Positions 29,988-37,945 of a DNA stretch of 64,000 bases are shown in pieces (the stretch's first letter is position 1; every line of letters starts with the position of its first letter). The position numbers were made by a program, and so were the translations under genes. The stretch lies in the NCBI GenBank assembly GCA_015063885.1, contig SVTH01000009.1, forward strand, positions 32,110 to 96,109, read 5' to 3'. The notes under the pieces were generated by a model. The model did no database searches and was not told where the DNA came from. It worked only from the letters and a program-made list of their open reading frames with translations. This stretch comes from Oscillospiraceae bacterium. GTDB taxonomy: Bacteria; Bacillota; Clostridia; Oscillospirales; CAG-382.

Positions 29988-30062
29988 TGGTGACCCGTAC
30001 GGGAATCGAACCCATGTTACTGCCGTGAAAGGGCGGTGTCTTAACCTCTTGACCAACGGGCC
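29988..30062 (-). tRNA. tRNA-Glu (anticodon UUC)
   Basis: Reverse complement GGCCCGTTGGTCAAGAGGTTAAGACACCGCCCTTTCACGGCAGTAACATGGGTTCGATTCCCGTACGGGTCACCA. It is 75 nt with a cloverleaf, loop CTTTCAC and encoded CCA. It is very similar to Bacillus tRNA-Glu. Confidence 0.9.
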
Positions 30063-30065
30063 TTA

Positions 30066-30142
30066 TGGTAGCGGAAGGTGGACTCGAACCGCCGACCGAC
30101 CGGGTATGAACCGATTGCTCTAGCCAACTGAGCTATTCCGCC
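30066..30142 (-). tRNA. elongator tRNA-Met (anticodon CAU)
   Basis: Reverse complement GGCGGAATAGCTCAGTTGGCTAGAGCAATCGGTTCATACCCGGTCGGTCGGCGGTTCGAGTCCACCTTCCGCTACCA, 77 nt, loop TTCATAC as in Bacillus elongator tRNA-Met. The anticodon stem lacks the GGG/CCC run of initiator tRNA. Confidence 0.85.
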
Positions 30143-30263
30143 ATAAGTTTTGCCTCTGCGAAATCAGCTTTTCAGCAGACAGCTTTGCTATTATAGCAGA
30201 AGGATCTCCGTTTGTCAATAGGGAAATCGAAAAAAATCATAAAAAGTTTTTTCGGAAATTCTC

Positions 30264-30292
30264 TTGACTTTCCCTCTCGGATGTGATATCAT
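30264..30292 (+). promoter_or_regulatory. sigma-A type promoter of SPFH operon
   Basis: TTGACT (30264-30269), 17-nt spacer, extended -10 TGATATCAT (hexamer 30287-30292). Confidence 0.55.
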
Positions 30293-30326
30293 TTTGATAT
30301 CAAGAAGAAACAAGGAGGTTTCTGTT

Positions 30327-31349
30327 ATGAACGAACCTATCAAAGAAAAAGTCTTATCCGGCAAGAAGATCGGTATGCCCGTGCTGTTCTTCACCGTACT
30401 GCTGTACCTCGCCGCCATCGGGCTGACCATCTACGGTGGGATCCTGCTGGAAAACGGCGAGTCCCCCCTGCTTATTGTGATTGGCATCGTATGGCTGTGC
30501 ATCGGCTGGCTCCCCGCCCCCGGCTTGAAGGTGTTGAAGCCCCAGGAGGCTTTGGTTTTGACCTTGTTCGGTAAGTACGTGGGCACTCTCAAAGGTGAGG
30601 GCTTCTACTTCGTGAACCCCTTCTGCACTGCGGTAAACCCTGCGGCCAAGACCCATTTGAACCAGAGCGGCGACGTAAAGGCGGTTTCCGCCCCCATCAA
30701 GACGGAAAACGGCACCCCCGCCGTGACTCTGGCGGACAAAAAGATCTCCCTGAAGATCATGACCCTGAACAACAACCGTCAGAAGGTGAACGATTGCCTG
30801 GGCAACCCCGTGGAGATCGGTATCGCCGTGATGTGGCGTGTGGTGGATACCGCCAAAGCGGTGTTCCACGTGGACAACTACAAGGAATACCTGTCTTTGC
30901 AGTGCGATTCCGCTTTGCGTAACATCGTGCGGATCTATCCCTACGACGTGGCTCCCGGGGTGGATACCACCGGCGACGGTATTGCCGACGAGGGCAGTCT
31001 CCGCGGCTCCAGCGACGTGGTGGCCTCTCGTATTCGGGACGAGATCCAGGCCCGCGTGGGAGATGCGGGCATTGAGATCATCGAAGCACGGATCACCTAC
31101 CTGGCCTACGCCACCGAGATCGCGGCCGTGATGCTCCAGCGTCAGCAGGCCTCCGCCGTCATCGACGCACGAAAAATGATCGTGGATGGTGCCGTTGGCA
31201 TGGTGGAGATGGCCCTGGAGCGCTTGAAGGAAAGCGGCGTGGTGGAGCTGGACGAGGAGCGGAAGGCGGCCATGGTCTCCAACCTGCTGGTAGTCCTTTG
31301 CGGCAACCGTGACGCCCAGCCCGTGGTGAACTCCGGCTCTTTGTATTGA
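30327..31349 (+). CDS. SPFH/band-7 domain membrane protein
   Basis: The start MNEPIKEK at 30327 has an AAGGAGG RBS. Two N-terminal TM helices are followed by an SPFH-like core ([41 protein letters not shown]) and a coiled C-terminus. Confidence 0.7.
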   Translation: MNEPIKEKVLSGKKIGMPVLFFTVLLYLAAIGLTIYGGILLENGESPLLIVIGIVWLCIGWLPAPGLKVLKPQEALVLTLFGKYVGTLKGEGFYFVNPFCTAVNPAAKTHLNQSGDVKAVSAPIKTENGTPAVTLADKKISLKIMTLNNNRQKVNDCLGNPVEIGIAVMWRVVDTAKAVFHVDNYKEYLSLQCDSALRNIVRIYPYDVAPGVDTTGDGIADEGSLRGSSDVVASRIRDEIQARVGDAGIEIIEARITYLAYATEIAAVMLQRQQASAVIDARKMIVDGAVGMVEMALERLKESGVVELDEERKAAMVSNLLVVLCGNRDAQPVVNSGSLY

Positions 31350-31352
31350 TCC

Positions 31353-31532
31353 ATGAACGAAGGGCAGAAAAAGCAGGTTCCTCTGCGCCTTTCCCCCAAG
31401 CTGTACGCGGCGTTGTCCGCTTGGGCCGAGGAGGAGTTCCGCTCGGTGAACGGGCAGATCGAGTACCTGCTCACCCAATGCGTTCGCAAGCGGGAAAAGG
31501 GCAAGGATGCGGACGAGGAAGAAGAATCATGA
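31353..31532 (+). CDS. small ribbon-helix-helix (Arc/CopG-like) protein, 59 aa
   Basis: Hand translation: [59 protein letters not shown]. The [11 protein letters not shown]...A pattern is a typical RHH beta-strand plus two helices. It starts 4 nt after the SPFH stop and is below the ORF-track length cutoff. Confidence 0.55.
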   Translation: MNEGQKKQVPLRLSPKLYAALSAWAEEEFRSVNGQIEYLLTQCVRKREKGKDADEEEES

Positions 31533-31536
31533 CGAA

Positions 31537-31567
31537 GGGGAGCTTCTGCGGAGGCTCCCCTTTTTTT
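31537..31567 (+). terminator. rho-independent terminator
   Basis: GGGGAGC-(10 nt)-GCTCCCC followed by TTTTTTT. Confidence 0.75.
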
Positions 31568-31570
31568 GGG

Positions 31571-32535
31571 GGGACAATTCGTGAATCGCCCCTACTTTCA
31601 AACAGTTCTTACGTTACAGGAGGGTACATCTAATTCCCTACCATATCCCTGCTAATCCCCTTTCGGGGGGCTACGCACCCCTTGGTTTTGCTCCGAACGG
31701 CACTAACGTGCCTTGCTTTCTCCGCAAAACTTCGACTCCGCCGCGGGACAGCCTTCGTTTTCCTATCCTTACACCCTTCTCCGCGGCTCCGCTCAGAATG
31801 ACAGTCCAAGGGAAAGAACGGCAAAAACGCTACGCATATCGACAACACAACCCCTGTTTGTCACTCTGAGCGAGTGCGGGATAGAGCCGTCGTGGTTGTG
31901 CACAAGGAAACAACCCGCACGAGTCGAACTCTTATGAGTGGCGTGAGCCCGAATAAGAGTCAAAAAATGCCAAGCATTTTTTGAGGGTATGGCTACACAT
32001 TTGCACTACCGCTTTTTTCCGTTCCGTCAGTTACTAAAAAACAGTTCTTACGTTACAAAAGGATACATCTAATTCCCAACCATATCCCTGCGGGGCGCTA
32101 CGCACCCCTTGGTTTTGCTCCGAACGGCACTAACGTGCCTTGCTTTCTCCGCAAAACTTCGACTCCGCCGCGGGATTACCTTTTCTTTCCTATCCTTACA
32201 CCCTTCTCCGCGGCTCCGCTCAGAATGACAATCCTGGGGCGAGAAGGGTGAAAACGCTACGCATATGGACAACGCCACCCCCTGTTTGTCACTCTGAGCG
32301 AGTGCGGGATAGAGTCGCCGCGGCTGTGCACAATGAAACAACCCGCACGAGTCGAACTTCCGCGCATGGCGTGAGCCTAAGCGGAAGGCAAAAAATGCTA
32401 AGCATTTTTTGAGGGTATGGTTACACATTTGCACTACCGTCTTTTCCGTTCCGTCAGTTACTATAAAACAGTTCTTACGTTACAGAAGGGTACATCTAAC
32501 TCCCTACCATATCCCTGCGGGGCGCAAAGCACCGT
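31571..32535 (-). repeat. tandem array (2 full units plus a partial third, period about 427-439 bp) of family-1 structured repeat, inverted relative to 775-2060
   Basis: Unit landmarks CATCTAA at 31627, 32066 and 32493. The reverse complement of 31850-31995 matches 1745-1890 with only about 5 mismatches in 145 nt. Confidence 0.9.
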
Positions 32536-32700
32536 GGAGGACGACGTGGCGGATTGGAATATTGCCGTCTTCCCCTTCAACTACGAAGAGGAGACCTACC
32601 GAGATCTGGACAACTTCGAATAAACCAAAGCCTTCCGAAAGGAGGGCTTATTTTTTGCCCTTTCCCCGCCGAAAAACCTTAAAAAATTCAACTGTTCCTA

Positions 32701-32729
32701 TTGATTTCCTACATATTATGTGATATAAT
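32701..32729 (+). promoter_or_regulatory. sigma-A type promoter of the tip-adhesin gene
   Basis: TTGATT (32701-32706), 17-nt spacer, extended -10 TGATATAAT (hexamer 32724-32729), in a local AT-rich patch. Confidence 0.55.
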
Positions 32730-32787
32730 ATTATGTACGAATATTACTTTGGGGTTTTATATAGAAAAAGGGCAAAGGCCGATACTT

Positions 32788-35700
32788 ATGAACAGAAAAA
32801 CCTTATTTTCAATACCCTTCCCGCGGCAACGGTACGCCAACCGTCTTGTGGCAGTTTTCCTGCTGTCCATCGTCATTGTGACGGCGGTCTTCTGGCGTCT
32901 GAAGCTGACGGGCATCACCTTAGCCGGGGAAGCATTCTGCGGCATGGACGAACACACCCATACGGAGGAATGCCTGGCGGAAGGCTGTGAAAAGCAGGAG
33001 CACACCCACGTGGAGCTTTGCTATACCGATCCCGAGGCGGACGTGGAGACCGCCGTGGAGTGGGAGGCTTCCCTGGGGGAGTATGAGGACACGGTGTTCT
33101 ATACCTCCGACCTCCTGGCCGTGGCGGAAAGCCAGCTTGGCTATACCGAAAGCGAGCGGAACTTCACCATCTCCCAAACCGGCGCAAGATGCGGCTACAC
33201 CCGTTACGGCGCTTGGTACGGCAACCCCTACGGGGAGTGGTCCGCCATGTTCGTTTCCTTCTGTCTGGAGTATGCGGGGATCCCCGATACCTTCGCCCCC
33301 TACGGCGCAGGTGCGGAGACCATGCGTACCGAATGGGATCAAAGCGGCCTGCTGTTCGGCCGTGAAGAATACCTCCCCATCCCCGGGGACCTGATCTTCT
33401 TCGATACTGACGCAGACGGCAAGGCGGAAACCGTGGGCATCCTGTACAGCCACTCGGGCACCCGGATCACCGTGATCCAGGGGGACGTGGAGGGCGCCGT
33501 TGCCGCCGTCACGTACCTCCCCAACGACGGACGCATCCTCTCCTACGGCTCCATGAACGAAGTGATCCGTGCTTCCGCTACGGAAGACGAGCTGGTTCAT
33601 TTGGACTTTACCGCCAAATATCTGGACACGCTCCCCACCTACGAAGAGGTGGACGAGACCCTCACCTCCCTGGAAGAGGATATGGACGCATACGAGGCCT
33701 ATTTCCTGGAGGTGGGTAAGCAGGCACAAACGGCTTACACGCATTTGGAAGGCCTGGGCAGACTCCGGCCCCTGGTAAGCAACGCATACAAATCCCAAGA
33801 TCTGGAATGGATCTGGCAAGCCGAATCCTTCAAAACCATAGAGGCTCAGACCATCCCCGATCTTCCCGTTTACGCAGTCAACCCCAAGGAATCTCCCACC
33901 ACCGACGAAATCTTGGGGGGCAAAGGATACGGCACCATCATTTACGGCGGCTCCCCCGAAGAATATTACCTCTCGATTTATCCCGATAGTTACGATAATC
34001 GCCAGAGTGCTTCTTGCGGCTATTTCCAATGGTGGAAAGCCTACGTCATTGAAGCAGAACCCGGGGTAGGATATTACGTCAGCAAAATTCACTATTATTA
34101 CGGTGATGGGCAGACCAAGGAGAAGGTAAAGGCCACCAGCTCCACCGGTTTTGTGTATTTCATGCACTGCACTGACGATCTTTTCACCCAAACGCCGGAA
34201 ACCGAAATAATCCCTATCGGAACCTTTATCAGCGTGACTGTGCCCGAAGGTGCCGAGTCACTCTTCGCCATTGCGGACGGCGATACGTACCCGTACAAAA
34301 AATTCACCAAGGGCACCTTGCGCGGCACGTTGGTCACGGGAGACGCACCCCGGCAGAAGGATCCCATTGACAACTCCGACAAACTGACCACGGTTGAGAC
34401 CGTAGACACAAGTAAATACATCACCATCAACCTGTTCGATTACGGCGAAAAGGTCAGCGGTCTCTATAACACCAACGCTCCGTTCACCGGAAACGGGCCT
34501 GCTGCCGCCAACACCTTCTACCCTGCCTTTAAGCTGGGTTCGACCTCTGATCCCGCCACCAGCTCCAGCTGGAATTCCTTGTCCACTTTCGGCTTTGATC
34601 TTGGTAACCTGTTGGCCTACGACGTGGAACGCATGGACGGCGTCAATATCGAAGGCACCATCAACCAAGTAACAAACGACGTCTCTTCGCTTCAAGGCAA
34701 CGTTCCCTTGGTGGGCATGATGTACCCCACGCTGCTGGGCGATTACCCTGCCGTCTACGGGAATACAGAACATACCTCAACGCTTTCCTTGCAGTATCTG
34801 TTCCATCCGGACAGCGGATACACGAAACAGCAAAACACGGCCAACATCAACCACCTGTTGCAGTACGACGAAGAAACCGGCGCCTACTATTACGACAGCC
34901 GCAAGAACTTCGCTCAGTTCGATCACGCCACCAATAACTTCATCGTCTACGATCAGATCATGACCCCCGGCTTTGCGGTCTATCCCTTCGGCAACTTCAT
35001 GCCCCTCAACGACATCAGAACCCAGGCCACCCAAGTGACGTCTGTCAACAGAGAGTGGTTCAGAAACGTTGCCCACAGTGCATGGTATAAATACGTTCAT
35101 GCGGTGGATGCAGAGCACGTGGATCTTGAGGAATACAAAGATATCTATATTGCCATCTCCAAGCTGATCCCCTTGATGGACGATCAGGATGGCGACGGTG
35201 TGAAGAATTACGATTGGCATTACGGTGATGTTCTGAAAGCATATTTCAGCCAATCCGGAACTCCCGAGCTTCCCGAGGATCCCGCGGCCGGTCCCAATGC
35301 CCGCCCCCATCTTTCCAACCTGTACACCTTGGATTACGACGAGCCCACCAACTTCCATTTCGGCATGGATATGCACATGGAGTTTATGATGCCCAAGGAC
35401 GGCATGACGGGCAAAGACGGCAAGCAAGAAATGATCTATAAGTTCTCCGGGGACGACGACGTTTGGGTCTATATCGACGACGTGCTGTTCCTGGATCTGT
35501 CCGGTACCCACCGTCACGTGGGCGGTGAGATCAACTTCGCCAAGGGCGAGGTGTATTACTACTATCTGGACACCACCAAAGGCGACGTTTACACCTACGA
35601 AGAGCTTATTGCCGCCGTCGCCGCAAACGACACCACGAAGGGACGGATCGTCACCTTTGCGGAGATCCTGGAAAACGCAGGCAAATCCACGGACGTGCTC

Positions 35701-37494
35701 AATGCCAAAGGCACCTTCGAAAACTACACCGAGCACCAATTTGACTTCTACTATATGGAACGCGGTGCAGGCTCCGGCGTGTGCAGTATGTACTTCAACA
35801 TGCCCCTGCTCCAAACCAACCGTATCGAAGTTGTGAAGGAAATGAACGAAGAGGCCGCCAATGCCTTGGGCAACCCCGAGTTCCTGTTCCAGATTCTGAA
35901 GGTTGATGGCGCCGGCAATAAAACCGAGGAGCCTCTGTACGCACCCGGCACGCCTTACCAAGTGTTGGACGTGTACGGCAACGTGATCGCCACCCGCACG
36001 GTGGGAGAAAACGGCGTGTTCTATCTCCACGCCAACGAGCGTGCCGATTTTGCGATTCCCGAAAACGGCGGTTCCTACTACGTCCGCGAGCTGTTGGACG
36101 AAAAGGTATTTGAACAGTACGGCAAGGTCACCGTGGACGGCGTTTCCTACACCACGGATACCTACACCAACGTAGAGCTGAGCTCAGACACCTTCAAGGG
36201 CGTAGAAGGCCCCGTCATGAACGCCAGCAGCGGCAACGCAAAATTCATCTTCGTCAACCACGTGGATCCTCACAAATACGGCACCTTTGAGATCTCCAAG
36301 ACTGCCAACGAGTATTCCGATACCGTCGCGCCCGGCACCTTTACGTTCTCGGTGATGTTCGGGGATCTTCCCCTGCCCGTGGGCACGCCCTACACCTTGA
36401 TCGACGCCAACGGCAACGAGACGGCCGAGACCGTCAAGGCGGCAGGCATCCTCACCCTGCAGGCGGGTCAGCGTGCGGTCTTCAACAAAGTCCTGGCAGG
36501 CACCAACGTCCTGGTGAAGGAGCTGGATGCGGAAAAATACTTCGTGGAATACACCGCAGAATATCCCGCGGGGACCGACTACCTCCTGACGGAGGACGAA
36601 AACGGCTACGTCACCATTCCCGTGGGCGCCTCCGTGACCTCGTCCCTTTCCGTGTACAACGACCGTAAGGGCACCAAGCTGGAGGTGACGGGCGGCAAGG
36701 AAGTTCTGTATGACGACGGAACGGCAGGCACCTACACCTTCGTGCTGGAGGAGGTAGACGAAAACGGCAACCTCCTTGCAGACGGCATCTACCTGGAGCA
36801 GACGATCACCGTAACGGAAAACGGCAGCTTTACCTTTACGCTGAACTACCCCGAGGAGACCACCCCGGGCACCTATTACTACCGGGTTTACGAGAAGGGC
36901 GCCGACGCCGCCGCAGGCGGTGACGAGACCCTGTTTCCCTTCACCGTGGCAGTGGAGAAGGACGAAAACGGCGTGTTGACGGCGACGGCTGACGGTGCAG
37001 ACGCCATCAAGTTTGTAAACCGTGACGTCCGCTCCCTCACCGTTTCCAAGACGGTGGAAGGCCTGGCCGATCCCGACGGGTACACCTTCGACTTCACCGT
37101 GAACGCCTCCGTCGGCGGCGTGCAGCTGAACGGCGAGTACCGCACCGACAAGGGAATCCTCGTATTCACCGACGGCGTTGCCACCTTCACCCTGAAGCAC
37201 GGTGAGTCGCTGACCATTCTGGATCTGCCCTACGGCACCGTCTGGACGGTCACCGAGGGACACGCTCCCGGCTTCTACACCGAAAATGCTGTGGGCGAGG
37301 GCGACCGTGTGATCGGCTCCTCCGCAAGCGGCGAGCTGAAGGAAAACGCTTCCGTGGCTTACTACAACATCGGCGGCGCAGAGCTTCCCGCCACCGGCGG
37401 CTTTGCCCGTGACCTCTTCCCCTTGATGGGCTCCGTGCTGATGCTGGGCTCTACTGCAGGGGCGGTCATCTACCGCAAGAAGCGGAAAGAATAA
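32788..37494 (+). CDS. giant LPXTG-anchored surface protein, probable pilus tip adhesin (degenerate CHAP-like domain, fibro-slime/PA14-like domain, Cna-B/isopeptide-type repeats)
   Basis: Start MNRKTLF at 32788, downstream of the promoter. It has an N-terminal signal anchor and a CHAP-like region (YGEWSAMFVSFCLEYAG...PGDLIFFD...TVGILY). FSGDDDVWVYIDDVLFLDLSGTHRHVGGEINF is a fibro-slime/PA14-type motif. TYTFVLEEVDENGN...YYYRVYEKG is a pilin isopeptide-linkage-type domain. The C-terminal sorting signal is LPATGG plus a hydrophobic helix plus RKKRKE. Confidence 0.8.
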   Translation: MNRKTLFSIPFPRQRYANRLVAVFLLSIVIVTAVFWRLKLTGITLAGEAFCGMDEHTHTEECLAEGCEKQEHTHVELCYTDPEADVETAVEWEASLGEYEDTVFYTSDLLAVAESQLGYTESERNFTISQTGARCGYTRYGAWYGNPYGEWSAMFVSFCLEYAGIPDTFAPYGAGAETMRTEWDQSGLLFGREEYLPIPGDLIFFDTDADGKAETVGILYSHSGTRITVIQGDVEGAVAAVTYLPNDGRILSYGSMNEVIRASATEDELVHLDFTAKYLDTLPTYEEVDETLTSLEEDMDAYEAYFLEVGKQAQTAYTHLEGLGRLRPLVSNAYKSQDLEWIWQAESFKTIEAQTIPDLPVYAVNPKESPTTDEILGGKGYGTIIYGGSPEEYYLSIYPDSYDNRQSASCGYFQWWKAYVIEAEPGVGYYVSKIHYYYGDGQTKEKVKATSSTGFVYFMHCTDDLFTQTPETEIIPIGTFISVTVPEGAESLFAIADGDTYPYKKFTKGTLRGTLVTGDAPRQKDPIDNSDKLTTVETVDTSKYITINLFDYGEKVSGLYNTNAPFTGNGPAAANTFYPAFKLGSTSDPATSSSWNSLSTFGFDLGNLLAYDVERMDGVNIEGTINQVTNDVSSLQGNVPLVGMMYPTLLGDYPAVYGNTEHTSTLSLQYLFHPDSGYTKQQNTANINHLLQYDEETGAYYYDSRKNFAQFDHATNNFIVYDQIMTPGFAVYPFGNFMPLNDIRTQATQVTSVNREWFRNVAHSAWYKYVHAVDAEHVDLEEYKDIYIAISKLIPLMDDQDGDGVKNYDWHYGDVLKAYFSQSGTPELPEDPAAGPNARPHLSNLYTLDYDEPTNFHFGMDMHMEFMMPKDGMTGKDGKQEMIYKFSGDDDVWVYIDDVLFLDLSGTHRHVGGEINFAKGEVYYYYLDTTKGDVYTYEELIAAVAANDTTKGRIVTFAEILENAGKSTDVLNAKGTFENYTEHQFDFYYMERGAGSGVCSMYFNMPLLQTNRIEVVKEMNEEAANALGNPEFLFQILKVDGAGNKTEEPLYAPGTPYQVLDVYGNVIATRTVGENGVFYLHANERADFAIPENGGSYYVRELLDEKVFEQYGKVTVDGVSYTTDTYTNVELSSDTFKGVEGPVMNASSGNAKFIFVNHVDPHKYGTFEISKTANEYSDTVAPGTFTFSVMFGDLPLPVGTPYTLIDANGNETAETVKAAGILTLQAGQRAVFNKVLAGTNVLVKELDAEKYFVEYTAEYPAGTDYLLTEDENGYVTIPVGASVTSSLSVYNDRKGTKLEVTGGKEVLYDDGTAGTYTFVLEEVDENGNLLADGIYLEQTITVTENGSFTFTLNYPEETTPGTYYYRVYEKGADAAAGGDETLFPFTVAVEKDENGVLTATADGADAIKFVNRDVRSLTVSKTVEGLADPDGYTFDFTVNASVGGVQLNGEYRTDKGILVFTDGVATFTLKHGESLTILDLPYGTVWTVTEGHAPGFYTENAVGEGDRVIGSSASGELKENASVAYYNIGGAELPATGGFARDLFPLMGSVLMLGSTAGAVIYRKKRKE

Positions 37495-37501
37495 CAAAAT
37501 A

Positions 37502-37546
37502 CTCCGCAGGAGACGGCGAAAAGCCTCCTGCGGAGTTTGTTTTTTT
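37502..37546 (+). terminator. rho-independent terminator of tip-adhesin gene
   Basis: 11-bp stem CTCCGCAGGAG/CTCCTGCGGAG followed by TTTGTTTTTTT. Confidence 0.8.
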
Positions 37547-37547
37547 G

Positions 37548-37905
37548 GGGAAGGTCAGCGTCGGACCCCCTCAGTCACGGCGTGTCCGCCGTGACAGCTC
37601 CCCCTTTGACAAGGGGCAGCCTTTCGCCGCCCCGCAGGGGGATTGTTTCGTTCGTGTCAATGGGCAATGCGGGGTAAAATTCGTTTTTCGCCGTTCACGA
37701 TGCGGGAAACATGGGGACCGGAATTTTACCAATGCCCCCTTCGTTTCCGTAGGGGGCGACGTCCACGGCGCCCCACCCTGCGGGAGGCAAGGCACGTATT
37801 CCAACCAACGCCCCCTTCGTTTCCGTAGGGGTTGACGTCCACGGCAACCCATCCTGCGGGCGGCGAGGCAGGAATTTCAACCAACGCCCCCTTCGTTTCC
37901 ACATA
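37548..37905. repeat. cluster of family-2 intergenic repeats (tandem about 77-85-bp units)
   Basis: CCCCCTTCGTTTCCGTAGGGG(G/T)(C/T)GACGTCCACGGC...CCTGCGGG..G..AGGC repeats at about 37735, 37812 and 37888. It matches units at 27230-27330 and 8840-8900 (inverted). Confidence 0.85.
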
Positions 37906-37906
37906 C

Positions 37907-37941
37907 AAAAACCGATTCGGGATCGACCCAAATCGGTTTTT
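37907..37941 (-). terminator. bidirectional hairpin terminating the pilus operon
   Basis: AAAAACCGATT-(13 nt)-AATCGGTTTTT lies 5 nt after the stop of the last operon gene. Confidence 0.65.
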
Positions 37942-37945
37942 CTAT

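Noticed and set aside
30066-30142. CAU-anticodon tRNA as initiator tRNA-fMet or tRNA-Ile2.
   Set aside because: The anticodon stem is ATCGG/CCGGT without the three G-C pairs of initiators, and pair 1-72 is a normal G-C. The loop TTCATAC and the overall sequence match Bacillus elongator tRNA-Met. Lysidine-modified Ile2 cannot be strictly excluded from sequence alone.
32701-32787. ORF-track 5' extensions of real genes. Examples: 32701 for the adhesin, 13345 for gdhA, 29137 for nrdR, 26971 for ddh, 24955 for ZIP, 30264 for SPFH, 44978 and 50216 for the regulators, 20732 for the DUF4430 protein, 42562 for the signal peptidase.
   Set aside because: The extensions overlap predicted promoters or upstream genes, lack an RBS and encode non-homologous residues. 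Internal starts with Shine-Dalgarno sequences give canonical N-termini.
37548-37905. Possible CRISPR array, considered because short units repeat in tandem here and at 8775-9250 and 27045-27375.
   Set aside because: The repeats are not identical short direct repeats separated by unique spacers of constant length. The units occur in both orientations, are themselves composite, and no cas genes are present.
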